Assembly (NCBI RefSeq): GCF_001949145.1
Contig: NW_019091358.1
Span: 496,961 to 560,960, forward strand
Source: Acanthaster planci
Taxonomy: Eukaryota
DNA length: 64,000 bases
Direction of reading: 5' to 3'
The stretch's first letter is position 1; each line of letters opens with the position of its first letter. Under the pieces are notes generated by a model. It worked only from the letters and a program-made list of their open reading frames with translations. It made no database searches and was not told where the DNA came from. Shown here in pieces: positions 12,944-26,590 of the stretch. The position numbers and the translations under genes are program-made.

Positions 12944-15900
12944 CATGTCCATCAGCTGAATTTTATAGACAATCTCATTTAGAACTTTGGGGGAGGTTCA
13001 GCTTAAATTGGATGAAGTTATCCTGGGAGACACCTGAAAGATGATGCCTTAGGTATGTACATATACATGTAAAGGCAATCACTTTGGCATTAACTCCTGA
13101 AGCACCTAATCTACCTTACAGATTCACGAGAGACTTGGGGAAATTGGCTCCAATCCAGTGGGCATGCAGTTGCTTACGCTTTGTAACTTTACAAAATGAC
13201 TCTTGTTGAAGTGCTTGTTTTTCATTTTCTATTTGAGTGTGCTTGTGTGTTCGTGCAGCAGAATTAGCATTCTCAGCTCGTCATACTGATGCATCACTTG
13301 AACTGACACGGTGATCGATTACGGATTATGACATTAGTGAAAGAAATTGAATTTCCACTGATTAAAAAACACAGGATTTACTTCAGGACCTGGCTGTACC
13401 GATGTGTAATTGGAAAGTGGCTCTTTGATAACTTAAGTCTCATGTTGTTGGATTGTGTCACACAGATCGCTAGCATGGCTGCTTTTGTGGACAAAATTTT
13501 ATTCAAGACCTTAATTACCACACCTAAATGTGTGTGCATATTGTAAATTATTCCTTTTTTAATCTTCTGAAGCCAAATGGCTTCAAGGAAACCGTATAAG
13601 CCAACTGCAGGTGACCAAATAACATTAGAGTCGATGCTGCATCTCCCCAAGATTGTGTCACAGTTCTCCGAAGTCAGTTCCAAATTACCGGTAGCAGGCC
13701 CGCTGGGGTTGCTTGAAATTTGCTCATGTACGCAGACTGTGGTTAGCCTGCGGCAGTATTTTGCAGTCAGATCCATGAATGAAATTCAGCCCTGAATGTA
13801 CATCGACTTCATGGATCTTGGAGTTAGTCAGGAGTCGTGCCGTAACACTGAGAAGGATAACACGTACATATTGGATTTTGTGCCAGGATTAAATTTTAGC
13901 CTCTTTCCCCCGCCCCCCGAGAAAAATAGCAATTTCTTCTGAACAGGCGTATAGTGAGATTCTCAGCCGAGGGAAGCCGAAATAGACTTGAGTTGGAGTT
14001 GTATTTCCATTGAAGTAAGTGCTTTCTGTGGGCTCTCCAAATTATGAACAGAATGTTTAGAAAAAGAGGTACCAGTACCTCTTATAGCACTTCCAATTTG
14101 TCCTGTATTTTAAAGATTTTTTTTTAATGCTGGATACAGCTCCACTTTTTCAGAGTGTACTCTTAAAACCGCAAACTGCGTTCACTGTTCACACATCCAT
14201 GGTCACTAATCTCTCAACTCCTCTTCCATCTACATGTACATGTACCTTCCCAGCAATTTTTCTCATCTGCTTCTATCATAAACACAGAATTGTCAGAAAT
14301 CTGACTTATTTTTAGACAGCTTAGTCCCATTAACCAATTGCCCATCGGCTGTTCAGAAATAAATAATAAATAAATGAAAGTAGAATTCTTTCTTTTGTGA
14401 GATGGCAGGAGAAATGACAGCAGGTGACAAGCAAGCTGGCATGCCTTCCTGATAGAATCCCCAGGGCAAACAGGCATAATACAGTTTTCCCCATTAGCTC
14501 ACTTCTGATTAAAATGTGAGATATTTTTGCAATCTAAGCCGACCAGAAAGATGGAACCTGTGAGGGAAAAACGACCTTTAGATTTTCATCTTCTGGAGTG
14601 TACTGCTCTGTTGGAACTACTTATACATACAATGTACATGTACAGTGTACTGGGCCCACATGCATTACAAATATTTGATGTGGCCTTTATACATGTGAAA
14701 CGCGCCTTTGTTCTAATCAATTTCATTCAAAATTTTTATTTTGCCATACTTGAGGGGTGTTCTGGAGCATTTGTCGTTTTATGTTAATGCCTTTTATGCA
14801 CATATAGGTTCAATGCAAAAGAGGAACCTCAGTGTCACAATTGCTTCCATATCAGAAATTGTAGGAATGTAGATATTTTCTGCTGCCTTAATTTGCTTTT
14901 CTTTTTTTTTTCATTTTTGAACTTATCTTAAAATGTTTTCAGTGAGCAATTTAGGGATTCATTAAAACAGAAGAATCCCCATATAGGACAGCATTTGTCT
15001 ACCTGGACTGACATTCCAGCAGCAGAGCCCTCCTTTACTTGCCAGGGAAAAGGTGGGAAATGTTTTTCAACTAGATAAACCAAAAAAAAGAAGTCAAATA
15101 TTATTTTCCTTTACTGAGGGGTGTTGGAAGTTGCTCAAATTTTGTTTGACCAACCAGGTACATGTACATGTACAGTACTCACCAAACCTCACTAATATCG
15201 TAGCACACTGCATAGCAGTTCTTGTACATTTACATAAGTATAAACTCATTTAAAAAATCTCAAGTGGTTGAGTAACAACGGTATTGATTTTGTTTTAATC
15301 AGTATGGACTCTGTAATCTGTTTGAAGAAGGAAATGTCCATTTTCCCAACTTCTCGATGTTCCAAGTGTCTATCCATATTCAAACCACTTGACAGTGCTT
15401 GACATTTCTGATTGCTACAACCGCGTACAGAAAAAGCCACTATGCATCATTTTGGACGCTCTGAAAAATTGATCTCTGGTAGCAGATACTTAATGAAATG
15501 ACAGAAGGCATATATCTCAAGAAATATGTTGATCTCAGATGACCCCACATGGAGTAGTGTCAGGCTGAATAATATACATGTAGGCCTACTTGATATTTTG
15601 TTGTTCCCACTGGTACATGTAGGTTGCCAGAGGGGAGCTTTGTTGTTGGAAGTAAACTTTGCAACTTTTCTCCCCTTTCAGTTCAGATTACGTGCAGCTC
15701 AACAGAAAACATCCACCATCAATACAAAAGCCAGCCTTGTAACGCCTTGTGACAAGAAAATACCTGGGCTTTACTTTGGAATGTGTGTCAGGGCAAGAAT
15801 CTACCCGTACCGGCCCAAAATGCAAATGCCAGAAAATTTACCGCTTTTGTCAGTGAAATAGGCCTACATGTGAGTGGTGTGTATGTATGCAAATGAGCCG

Positions 15901-16067
15901 GTTTGCCGTGGCCAGCCCAGAGTTTGGGGACCAATTTGTTTTTGTCACGCCTGAGCTTACAACTTAGAATTTGTCCCACAATAACTTTGTCCAACAAATC
16001 TGTAGTCCTCACAACATGCAGGGTTCCAGTATCAATGTTGTCAGGTTGTGGGTAGGCCTTCCTTACT

Positions 16068-16661
16068 TCAACCCTAAACCAGCTTAGGGGCTATTTTGGA
16101 GGGGGAAAGGGGGATGCTAGGGGATTACAGTCCCCTCCAACTCAGCTGTCACATTCCTCATCATTTTGAAACTTAGCAGGCATGTGTGACACTCAGGACT
16201 GGGGTCAAAATGAAGTGGGAAGAGGAGGGCACTGGATCTGTCTTTTTCCATTGTTTTATTGCCTGTAATAGCAGAGAGAAATGGGATGTCTAGAGTCTCT
16301 GTGGGAGAACTGATTGTGTGTGATGGTCAGTCGTTGCAGTAAACTGGTGATTTTGTAATGGGAACACATTAAAAAAGTAGTCCTTCCTAAAAAAAAGGAA
16401 CTACAGATAAATAGAGGGGGTCATATTTTGCACCTGGCAGTGTCACTTATGTCACACAGGATGTCAGTGCGAAAAAGTATGGATTTTTGGCTCACCTGTT
16501 CTCAGAAAAATATGCACTGCTTGGGAACGGCAGGTCCTATTTTCACAAAATTGGTGGCAAGATGTTACTGAAGAACCCCTTAAAACTCGGCACTTGCAGT
16601 AATGCACTACAGTGATATTGGAGGAAACGATGAGGGGTCTCCCTGGCTCTTTTAGGGTTAA
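16068..16661. mobile_element. TTAA-flanked non-autonomous element, copy 2 of the same family
   Basis: Starts TCAACCCTAAA and ends TTTAGGGTTAA. Shares about 100 bp of diverged sequence with the 12506 element in the same orientation. Confidence 0.6.
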
Positions 16662-18044
16662 GTGGACAATTTCTTTTGTTAGGAAAGTTGGGGCTGAGCT
16701 GCGGGGGACCAACGGAACATTTGTCCCCATAAAAGTTTTGGGTTCCCTTAACGTCTATATTTCAATGAGCCGGAAATAGTGAAAGTTTTGCAAACCCTAC
16801 TTCCATGTACATGTACCATACAATCTTACAGTGTGGACCTGTGAACAAAAGAGGTCAACATAGGGGGTACATGTAACAGACGTTCTGTCAACCTTGTGTG
16901 GACTTGTATCCCATTATCCGCCTTTCTGGAAAATAGGCTTAGACTTATCGTCACAAAATGGAGAAGAGTAGTCAAGGAAATCATCAAAAAATCTGCATGT
17001 ACCGGTACCTGAAAGTACATTGTAGCGTACATGTACATGTACAAATCATACCAGCGTGCCTCAGCTGTAATTACCCTCCTGAAGAAAAATGTGAGCTTCC
17101 CTACATGCCCTACATGCCCTACATGCATATACTAGGTGCCCCCCCAAAGTTACACCATGTACTGGATGTACATGTACATGTACACCACACAGCACCACCT
17201 GCAGGTATATGTACATGTAGCTGATTGACAACTACCAGGCCAGGTGTACATGGAACATGTATGGGTTTGTAGCTCTAAGGTATAATGATGGCGAAAAGGC
17301 AACTCCAGAAAAAAAGGGCAGTTGTGGGATAGAAATGGGGATAGGAATGGGGGTTAGGAATGGAGGGGAAGAGGGTTATTGGCAGGGGAAGGTGCACATG
17401 TAGGCTGTGAATGCACTTTACTTCAGCTTTACTTCAGAAAGATGACAACTTAAGGATTTACATGTACGTGTGCGCTTGTGCATGAACCTGTACATGTACA
17501 CGTACCATGGGATTTACATGTATTTCGTGGTCAAGGTTTTAAATGACAGCCCCATAGTGTGTATTTTTACACAAACTCAGTTAAGATGCTCGGAACACTG
17601 TCATTGATGTGAAAAAGATGCATAAACAAAGAAAGAGGATTTGTCAATACATATAACAAAAAGCTTGAATAAACAGTAATGTATGTTTCACTGGGTTCCA
17701 GGTAAAAGTATAACTTGTGTCAATTTGTTGAATATTTTTGCCAATATTCTGTGAAGCAGTCTGAATCAATCGACTCCCAGATGGATCTCAGATGTGTTCA
17801 AGATGCATCCAGTGAAAGCAGGGTGCTTTCATCTCCTGACTCCTGTTCATCAGACACCTCAGAGGGATGTAAATCTTAAGCCAGGAAATCGAGCCTTAAA
17901 AGATTTAGTTTTATTCACAGATGATGACCTTTAAATCATTAAAAGCCAGCACTCCACTTGGACAGATACGGTAACCGTTCATTACATGTGTTTAATCACT
18001 CCAGTGCAAGCAGTTCAGAGCCAAAGCCACAAAATTCATGGAGA

Positions 18045-18114
18045 TTAACCCTAACATTCCCAAATCCTCCAATCTCAATATGATTTTACATACACCCTAG
18101 GGGGTTAGGGTTAA
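18045..18114. mobile_element. Possible 70-bp minimal TTAA element
   Basis: Perfect 11-bp inverted ends TTAACCCTAAC / GTTAGGGTTAA. Confidence 0.35.
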
Positions 18115-19345
18115 GGTTTCACATAGTCACTGATTGGAAATGGAACATGGCCACCTTGATACAGAACCGTAATACTAGCCATTGGATTTCTAAAGTGAAG
18201 CTGTACGACAGATACTGTTTGAAGTATGTATATAGAACTGTCACGGTAATGTTCAGAAACTCAAGACAAGTTGAATTTATGCCCCCCAAAACAAAAACAA
18301 AATACAAAGGTACATACAATGTTCACCAGTTTCTACATATACACATGTACCAAAAAATCCAAAAGTAATAAAATAATAATAAACAATTAAAAACAAAGTA
18401 CCTGTATGTACAGAAGGAAAAGGAAGATCTGGTCGTACTACGGTACATATGTGTTCATTCGAAACTTAACTACTCCTTGATGGACTCGGAATTAGACCTG
18501 GAGATTATTGTTGATACAGGTGCATTTACATGTTCATATTTCACAGACACTCGATAGAAGGGTTCTTAAGAAACTGAACACTTAACATGTTCAGCAATGA
18601 AACCTTTAGACACACGGAGAGGGAGTGTATTGGAGATAATTAACCTTGTTGCTGTGCAACATACTTCATCAAGTAGTATGAAAGATTCAAGTCATAAGTT
18701 GATGAGAGTGATGTGATGATAATACTGGTAATAAAAGCGTGCATAACTGCACTGATGGACTGACATCGGACCGGATTGCTTATTCCATCCAGGGCTGCAC
18801 AAGCTGAATTGATCATGCAAAGCTCTTATCAGTCAATTTCATGTACAGGCATTGTATACGAGTATGTCAAGACCATAATCTCATGAGTCATGACCAATCT
18901 CAAGGTCGCTCACGAGTGACCTGGCAAACAATGACGACGGACTGTTTTTGTTACCGGTACATTTTCATCGGAATAGCTTGTGACTTGAATTCAGAGTGGA
19001 GATCTTAAAAGGCTTTTTCTGGGGTTCATGTGATGGCCTTTCGAGGTCTTGAGGACGGAATGCATGCATGTGCCATTCCACCGGCTTGCATCTTCAAATG
19101 ATGGGGGCAGTCTATTTGAGAGTGAACTGCACAATGCATGTACATGTAAAGCATACATGTATGTTACATTAAATTAAAATGTTACTTTTAAGCAACACAA
19201 TATCAGTACTAGCATGGAGGAAGGACTGACCGGGCTATAACATCTGGCCAATTACCGCTTTCTGGCATGCTCGGTATATGTCCACAGGCAGAGCGCAGTG
19301 AATGCTTGCTACGCACCACCTGTTTCACAAGCCCCCTTTGTACCC

Positions 19346-19946
19346 ATGATCATCACCGCAATTTTTCGCTGGTAATCTGCATCCTTAAAATGTTGTGTAC
19401 TGCAGTATAGGAAGTTGAATATTCATGCCATCTTTGGTGCTTCGTGTGATCTGACAACATCAAATTTATTGCTTGCGCAGTTGCTTTTATTGGGCATTTA
19501 TTTTTAGAAGATATTGTGTTTTATTTGAATCATTTTTATTGCGGAATTTACACGAAAAGGTATTTTATGAGATCTTATGATCACTCCTTGTGATGAGACA
19601 GCGCATTTTGTTTTTCGTTTAAATGTCCTGTGGTGTTCAACACGTTGTTGGCCAGTCTTTAGCCAAATTCATACAAAGACTTTGAAAACTGATGTTTTGG
19701 ACTGAATAGTGAGTGAGTAGTGAGTAAAATAAAATTAAAAACATTGCATGGGTAATGGAGAAGTGTATCAAAATCTTTTTTAAAAAAATGTCACTGTGAT
19801 AAATTGTACAGTAGTTCATTGCAAAGAATACACCACCAATACTGCTAGGATAATACTGGCCCCACTTGTCCAGCTAAACTGCAGGCAGTAATCAGGCATT
19901 TTTGGAATGTTTACTATTGTTCATCTGACCGGGCGGTGATGATCAT
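19346..19946. mobile_element. Candidate old TIR element
   Basis: Perfect 14-bp inverted repeat atgatcatcaccgc / gcggtgatgatcat about 600 bp apart. No TSD seen. Confidence 0.4.
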
Positions 19947-22900
19947 CCAGCACTTTGGTGCGCCAGAGTTGTACATGTAACTAGTATATCACCATAGAGA
20001 AAATGTACCAGGAGTACTGGTAGTCTGTTTGCATTGGTTAGAATTTTTCTTCTGTGTATGGAGGTGCATAGTTCTGTTTATTGACAGTCGTAAATGCTTA
20101 TGTACAGTATGGTACATCAGAATTGCTGGTACGAACACGTGTACATGTGCGTTTTTGCATATCAGCATTTTTTCCTCTGCAAAATGCACTTAATTAGTAG
20201 ATGGATGTTTTTCTGTTGGTGCGTACCATTCATTTTACGGTACTTGATGCCTGTGAACGTGGACAGAGTTTTTTTCAATTCAGCTTGCTCACGTGAACTT
20301 GGCTAGGCTGGCTTGGAAAAACCATCTAGCACCGGAGGATCTGTGAACACAATTAGGCCATCTACGCAACCTACATGTATGGCTGACGAGTTAAACCTAC
20401 ACTACAACAAGCCCCTTCTGGATGACATTTTTTACATGCTAATCTCCGTTTTCTTTTGAGTACAAAATCTGAGAAGTCTGCGGAGGTGGACCCTAGCATG
20501 TGTTGATCTTTTAATTTGGCTGCCGTGCACTGCCTGTTATGGTTGCAAATTATGTCACTGTGTGGGCACACTCCAAAGTGTTGAAAATACAGAGATTGCA
20601 GTGAGAAATACTGCATTGTTCAAATGAATTGAATGAGTTCTTATTTTGTGGCATTTGGCTGTACTCCGAAAGATGCCCGCTAGTATCTTGGTTTTTGAAC
20701 GTGTTGAAAGTTGAAATTACAGCCAAAAATAATACCACCTTATGGATAATGCTGAAATTAATCGTATGTATGTGCAGTTTATTTGCATAAATGCTTCAAA
20801 GCACATGAGCAATGAGTACATTTACAAGTAATTCACATTTCACAAATTACTGAGAAAGAAAGCACCAACTGGATATGTATATTACAGTACATGTATTGCA
20901 AAGTATGTATTCATGCTAAGTTTCAGTACTTTATTTCTGACCATGCCCTTGGAGGTGAACTGAAGGCAATATTTTTTTTATTTGTTGGTTTGCTAACATA
21001 CCGTATGGTACGCTGTACATGTAGCATGAATATAAAAACCAAGTTTTCTTTTTACATGCATTGAATTTATGCAGGAGGAAAGGATGAAATTATTGTGTGC
21101 TGTCATTGCTTGCTTTTTTTTTAATAAGTTCATTTCATTCAAAATACATCTTAGGAGAAAAATTGAAAGATGTTCCCAAGAATAAAAATCCTTTGAAAAA
21201 ATGAGAGAAACAGTTTTTATCCTCTCGCACTATTCAGGATCAATGCATTTATTATTCAAGAAATTCATGGTGGCCTCGGTAAATGTACATTACACATGTA
21301 TACAAGTCTGAAGGTACACAGGCATGCATGTACACAAAACATGAACAATTTCATGCATGACTTGTCATGTGCGCAACGATCATTTGGAGATGTGTGTGAT
21401 TCTACGGTTCAAAAAGCCACAGGTGCATGCAGTAGTGGTAATGTACTGGTACATTGAAATTGGAGTGCCGCCTTGACTGCTGGTGGTTGATGTCATCTCA
21501 AACCTTACTCTAACGAACCATGGGGTAATCTTTAAGAGTGGTTGTTGGCAAATATTGAGCGTGCGGCATTATTGACGCCAAGGGCATGGCTTCCTGTGCT
21601 GTGCATTGACGCCGTATGCATCACAGGGGGACTTGGCAATGAAATGGTCACCTTGCTAACCCAGCTCATCAGCTGGCATGTACATCCGTGGCTAATGAAA
21701 TCATGGTGAAATTCAAAGTCCAAAATTCAAATTGAAAAATAAAGAGAATACAACATGTAACTCTTTTTGGTCAGGATGTAGTTCATTGAGATTCAGTAGA
21801 TCACGTTGTTCTATTCGGTGAATGATCCATTTTATGGTACGTTATGTAAAATCTGTAGAGTCACACACCAATAATGTCTTCCAACACTGTACGGTACACT
21901 TCTGTGATGTACATTATTCATGGTGATGTACTTTTTGGGAACACTGTTTATTGAAGACCATGGTTTGTCGGAGATTTTCTCTTTGCTTTAATTAACAAAA
22001 CTGACACTTAACCGTAGGTGTTTAATGTTGCAACAGTGGTCTTTCTTACATTATCACTGTTTTTACCCATAGTTTATCATTGTACAAGAAGAGATTGTTC
22101 TAAGAGCATAATCATAAAGTGCAATAAACTTTAAACACACGTGTACCAGTGCACGTGTATTATTCCAAGTTCAGTGGAGTAGTCCCCTTTCACAAAAAAA
22201 GAGACTAAAACCCACCCTGAAAAGATTTTATAAAATTTCACATACATGTACATGTACACTGTCTGCTTTGATTATACAGGTTGATGCAAAGGATCTTGTG
22301 GATTCGCCCGATACTGCCAGTGGTTTTTACATTATACAATGTATACCGTATTTGTATGAGCTTAGAGTCCATTTTCTTTTTGATGTGCTTCTGTGGAAGT
22401 TTGTTTTTCTATTCCAGTTGGTCAGATTTAACTTCTGATTGGCCCTTTTGACACCAAGCTGATTTATCAATTGATCTTGGACCTCAACAAGTCAGGCCCT
22501 CACCAAAATGAGGAAATCATACGCACATATGTACATGTATGAGCTCTGTAACAGTAGAGCTTCTTGCAACAGCAGACTTTCCTTGAATATCAGATTTCGT
22601 ATTTCCATTTCACTGGAAAGGTCCATTAAATTGGTATAAGAAAATGAACACAAAGGTTTGGGTACCCTACCCTTAAATACATTTTAAGGTCAGAACTATG
22701 TACATACAGTATGTACATGTACTTTTACATGTAAGTGGATTTTGAAATACCTGTGAAAATACAGCTGCTAGAAATTTCAGACTTTAGCTACAGTAGAATG
22801 CCCTTGACATCAGGAATAACTAATGTACATGTACATGGTACAGGTTCTGATCAAATTCATCTGAGGTTAATCCATTGTTAGGTTGAAGATCCCAGTGTCA

Positions 22901-23115
22901 ACTTAGGAGTCTTCTTAATGTTCCTTTGACCTGAAAGAAATGCTTCTCCATTCTTCTGATAACTGTACACTTCAGATTGTAACCTTTTACTGTGGAAAAG
23001 GCTGGACTGTTGAAGATCACTGGTAGATCTCAGCATCCAGGATAAACTTTTTTTTTATTGAACCCGCACAGAGACTGCGCCTGTTATTTGCAGCAGTGCA
23101 AAATATCAAAGAAAA

Positions 23116-23161
23116 CCCTTACTTTTCTGTTTCTATTCTATAAATGTCTTGTCAGGTAAGT
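23116..23161 (+). other. Candidate recursive splice site (3' splice site immediately followed by 5' splice site)
   Basis: CTTAC branch-like motif, AG-free pyrimidine-rich tract, then CAG|GTAAGT at 23153-23161 inside a 28.7-kb intron. Confidence 0.45.
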
Positions 23162-23329
23162 TGCAAAAATCTTTTCCATAAGAATCATCTCAACAGTCAG
23201 GTGATAAACACCTGTTCTGCAGTGGAAACAGCCACCAGCAGCTTTCATGTGCAGAGCAGGTGTGATGTGGTATGAGCCTCCCCATCCCCTAGCTCACTGT
23301 GACAAATGCACCACATGCCAGACTGTTCA

Positions 23330-24240
23330 ACTGACACCCAAATCGAATCTTTGCCCAAGCGCTGTCTGCACTGGACTTTATTTTCCGATGATTTTACCGA
23401 GCCGATGGGAAAATGAAAAGTGGGCAAATTTTACCACCGTCCGCACTTGGACTTCGGACGCAGGAATTTTTACCGAGACGCATAGGAAAAGCCACCGAGG
23501 TGTCACTGTAATGGCACATGAGGGCACTTTGTGGGACCTTTCGTGTTCACTCTTTGACCCAAGCACGTGCGCACCTTTTACAAACTTCTGGTCATGACAT
23601 TTCTTCCAATGATACTTTGTTGGCCCCAATTAATCTTCCGATTGTTTCAGTAATAATATCTGCAATCATTTGAGAGACTCGAGAACACGAAATCACTGCA
23701 CAGCAACCAGAATTAAGCTTTGCGGTATGTACGTGTATGTACGTCACGTGGACGCTTGCAACGCGCATGCGTAGGGTTCGTGTGAGCCTGCTCTTGCCAG
23801 TAAACCGGATGCACGCTTCCCTCAGCCGCTTTGACCGACTTGCACTGTCCGCACTGGACTTTCTGTCTTGGGAAAAAGTGTCTCGGGAATTCTTCCTGGC
23901 CAGAAGTTGGCCGGTAAAAATTCCTGTGCGGCTCAGGAAAAGTAACTGGGGACGTCCGCAGGGGACTTAAATGGGCAAAGTACCCATCGTCTTGGTAAGT
24001 TGCCCAAAAATAGTCCAGTGCGAACAGGGCTTAAGTTGTTAGTGTAAAACTGTAGGGCAAAGTCGTTGATTGTTATACTCAACTTAATTTTATTAAAACA
24101 AATCGAAACGGTAAAACTGTATATATCCCAATACCGTTTGACCATTTTAAAAACAGTGAAAGGGTAAAACGGTCGATGAATTGTTTACCGTTGTCGTCGG
24201 CGAGGATATTCAAAATGGTAAAATGAATTAACGGTGTGTA
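23330..24240 (+). promoter_or_regulatory. CpG-rich intronic island, probable internal/alternative promoter with a short first exon ending at 23994
   Basis: CpG visibly much denser than in the flanks and no TACATGTA runs. Contains GTCACGTG (E-box/CLEAR-like, about 23742), GCGCATGCGT (NRF1-like, about 23763) and a consensus donor TTG|GTAAGT at 23994/23995. Confidence 0.55.
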
Positions 24241-24705
24241 CAGGGATTCCTCCTTCACTGAGTGTGCTTTGTGAATGTACTGGACATTTAGGCCAAGTGC
24301 ACATGCCCAAAAGCCATTCGATGAGGATGCTCTGATGGCCCATCACCATAGAAGTAGAAAGAGTATTCCTCTGTGGATATATGTACAGGTGCACGGTATC
24401 TGTCAGGGAAATCAAATACCACTAATGACTAATGCATATCCCCAGTCTCCTGAACCCCTTCAGATCTGGCTCAGGGATCAATATTTGAATAATCACCCAT
24501 TAAGCTGACCAGCAGCTGACTCGACTGCAGGCAGCAGTGCATCTGCTGACAAGAGTGTGGTATTGGTACCCAAGGGCGTCCTTGTTGGTTGTTGCAGTAT
24601 ACACATGTACACGCACCAGGACATGTACCTGGAACCTGCGCTGCTAAGGACATGTAGATCCCCAGTGCTTTGCCTCATTGCCAGAGCAGGTACCCTTGGA
24701 TTGTT

Positions 24706-25199
24706 AGGGTACAGTCCACTATTAATTCAAGCCCCATTGAAAACATTGCTAAAATCAGCACTGTTCAGGGCCCAATAACATGCATACCAACATCCCTGAG
24801 ATTTCTGAAACAAAAATCAATTTATTGTCCCTGGACCTTAATCTTTCAATTTCTTTTCTATTTTTTTTTGGGGGGGGGGTTAACCAATTACATTTTTAAT
24901 TATTCCCACATAAAAAATCACCCCTGAAAAATGATTTTTCCGAAGTCTGATTGCAGCCATTTTTCAAGTGGCAACCCCCAACTTTCTTGGGCACTGAGGA
25001 CCATTTTTCAACCCTATTTTTAGCCATTCTGCTCTCATATGAAGGCTCAAAGACCCAGGGAATCGATCCTGGCAACTATTTACACAATCTCACCACTTTG
25101 GGGGCCAAACAATCTCCTTTTTCGAAAGATACTGTAGGGGCACTTTTAATGCTAACGAGCTGGCCAGAAATTCTCACTTGAATTAGTCGACTACACCCT
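24706..25199. mobile_element. Degraded TIR element
   Basis: agggtacagtccactattaattcaag versus cttgaattagtcgactacaccct (imperfect inverted ends). Confidence 0.5.
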
Positions 25200-26590
25200 T
25201 CAAGGAGGGAGCGATAGGGAGGGATGGGTGCTGGGATTCTTCCTGCTAACTTCAGTTTGACCTGCAGTAGCTGAGGGAGACGGGAGTGAAGGGTGCAAGT
25301 CCTCCAATCACCCCCCACCCTCACCCCACCCCCGTCATATTATTGAGCTGCCATGGCCTCAAAGCTGACTCTTCATTTCCTCATCCCCAGACTCTTCGCT
25401 GAGACTCAAGGCCTCATTGTCTATAGATCACAGTATACAGTGTACATGCAGTGTGTGCGTTGACTGGAGCCTGCAGCCTGTGGACTCAACTGTTTGCTTG
25501 CTCAGTGGCTCTGTCCCAGGCTTTATCTCTGACCTTGAACCAAATGAAAAACTTCCATATTGGGGACTTTGGTGTGGGTTCTCTTTCAAAATGTGCCCTG
25601 TTCAAGCCGAGATTTGGACAACTCCTGTAAATGTCTGTGTACATACTGGTACGGTACATGTTGGTGTGTCATATTTGTGGCCCTGTACTCATAACTGAAA
25701 AGGTGATGTCAACAATCAGATGTCGCTTTAGCGAACATTTAAGACCAGCACAGTAGAATGGACGCTGATAAGGTCCCTCTTTATTGATGCTGATAATGTC
25801 CCGCACCCCTTGGCTTGGGTACCATCAGCATCCATTCTCCTGATCCAGTCATAAACACTACTGAGGCACCAAACAAACATGGGTAATGTGTGAAAAAGTA
25901 CAGGTACATGTACATGCGTGTGAATTGGATATTTTGGCCCATGTTGTTACATGGGACATCATTGCCAAGTAACAACACAGCCTCTGTCACCCTGGAGAAA
26001 TGCTGCGACTACATGTAGTAGCTGTCCCAGTCTTGTGTTAGACAAACACGAGAACGGGGTTTCGAGCAGGGAGAATCAACATGCAAATATTGTTCACGAA
26101 CAAGACTCTCACTCCCCATAATTTGGCCAGCCTGATGATGATGATCTTTCTCTATAGATGCTTTATTGCACCTGTTTCAGGGAACCCTCTGTTGCAACTT
26201 GTCCCTCCCTCTGCCATAGTCTCCCCTCCCACTGTTTGCACCTGGTATCAGTGCCTTATGAGAGTTTGAAAATTATCAGAGGTACCGGGTAAAGGTAACT
26301 TATTTCCCCCCTGAGTTTGATGGAAATATAATCTAATTTGTCGATCCAGTGAATCTAGGTTGACTTTGATGAGGTTAACAACTAGTGAAATAAACAGATT
26401 GCTCAGCAATTTCCTTTTAATTTCAACTTTCTTCCCAGGGGGCTTGGTAATGGCAAAACTTGAGACTGTACTTCTCTGGTTGTTTGTGACATGATTCCTT
26501 GTAATGAAACTAAGAGCGATTGTCTGGAAGGCTACAAAAGAGAGTGAGCAACACATATATTCACAGAGTAGGAATGCCCTCTATTAATAA

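Noticed and set aside
13378..13776. 132-aa minus-strand ORF in unique sequence
   Set aside because: No recognisable domain, splice structure or coding-like composition.
13947..14014. Acceptor/donor pair (CAG|...|GTAAGT) in intron 1
   Set aside because: Stops in all three frames; cannot be told from a pseudo-exon without RNA data.
18708..18770. Box C/D snoRNA-like GTGATGA...CTGA
   Set aside because: Short, the terminal stem is out of register for a kink-turn, and no recognisable rRNA guide.
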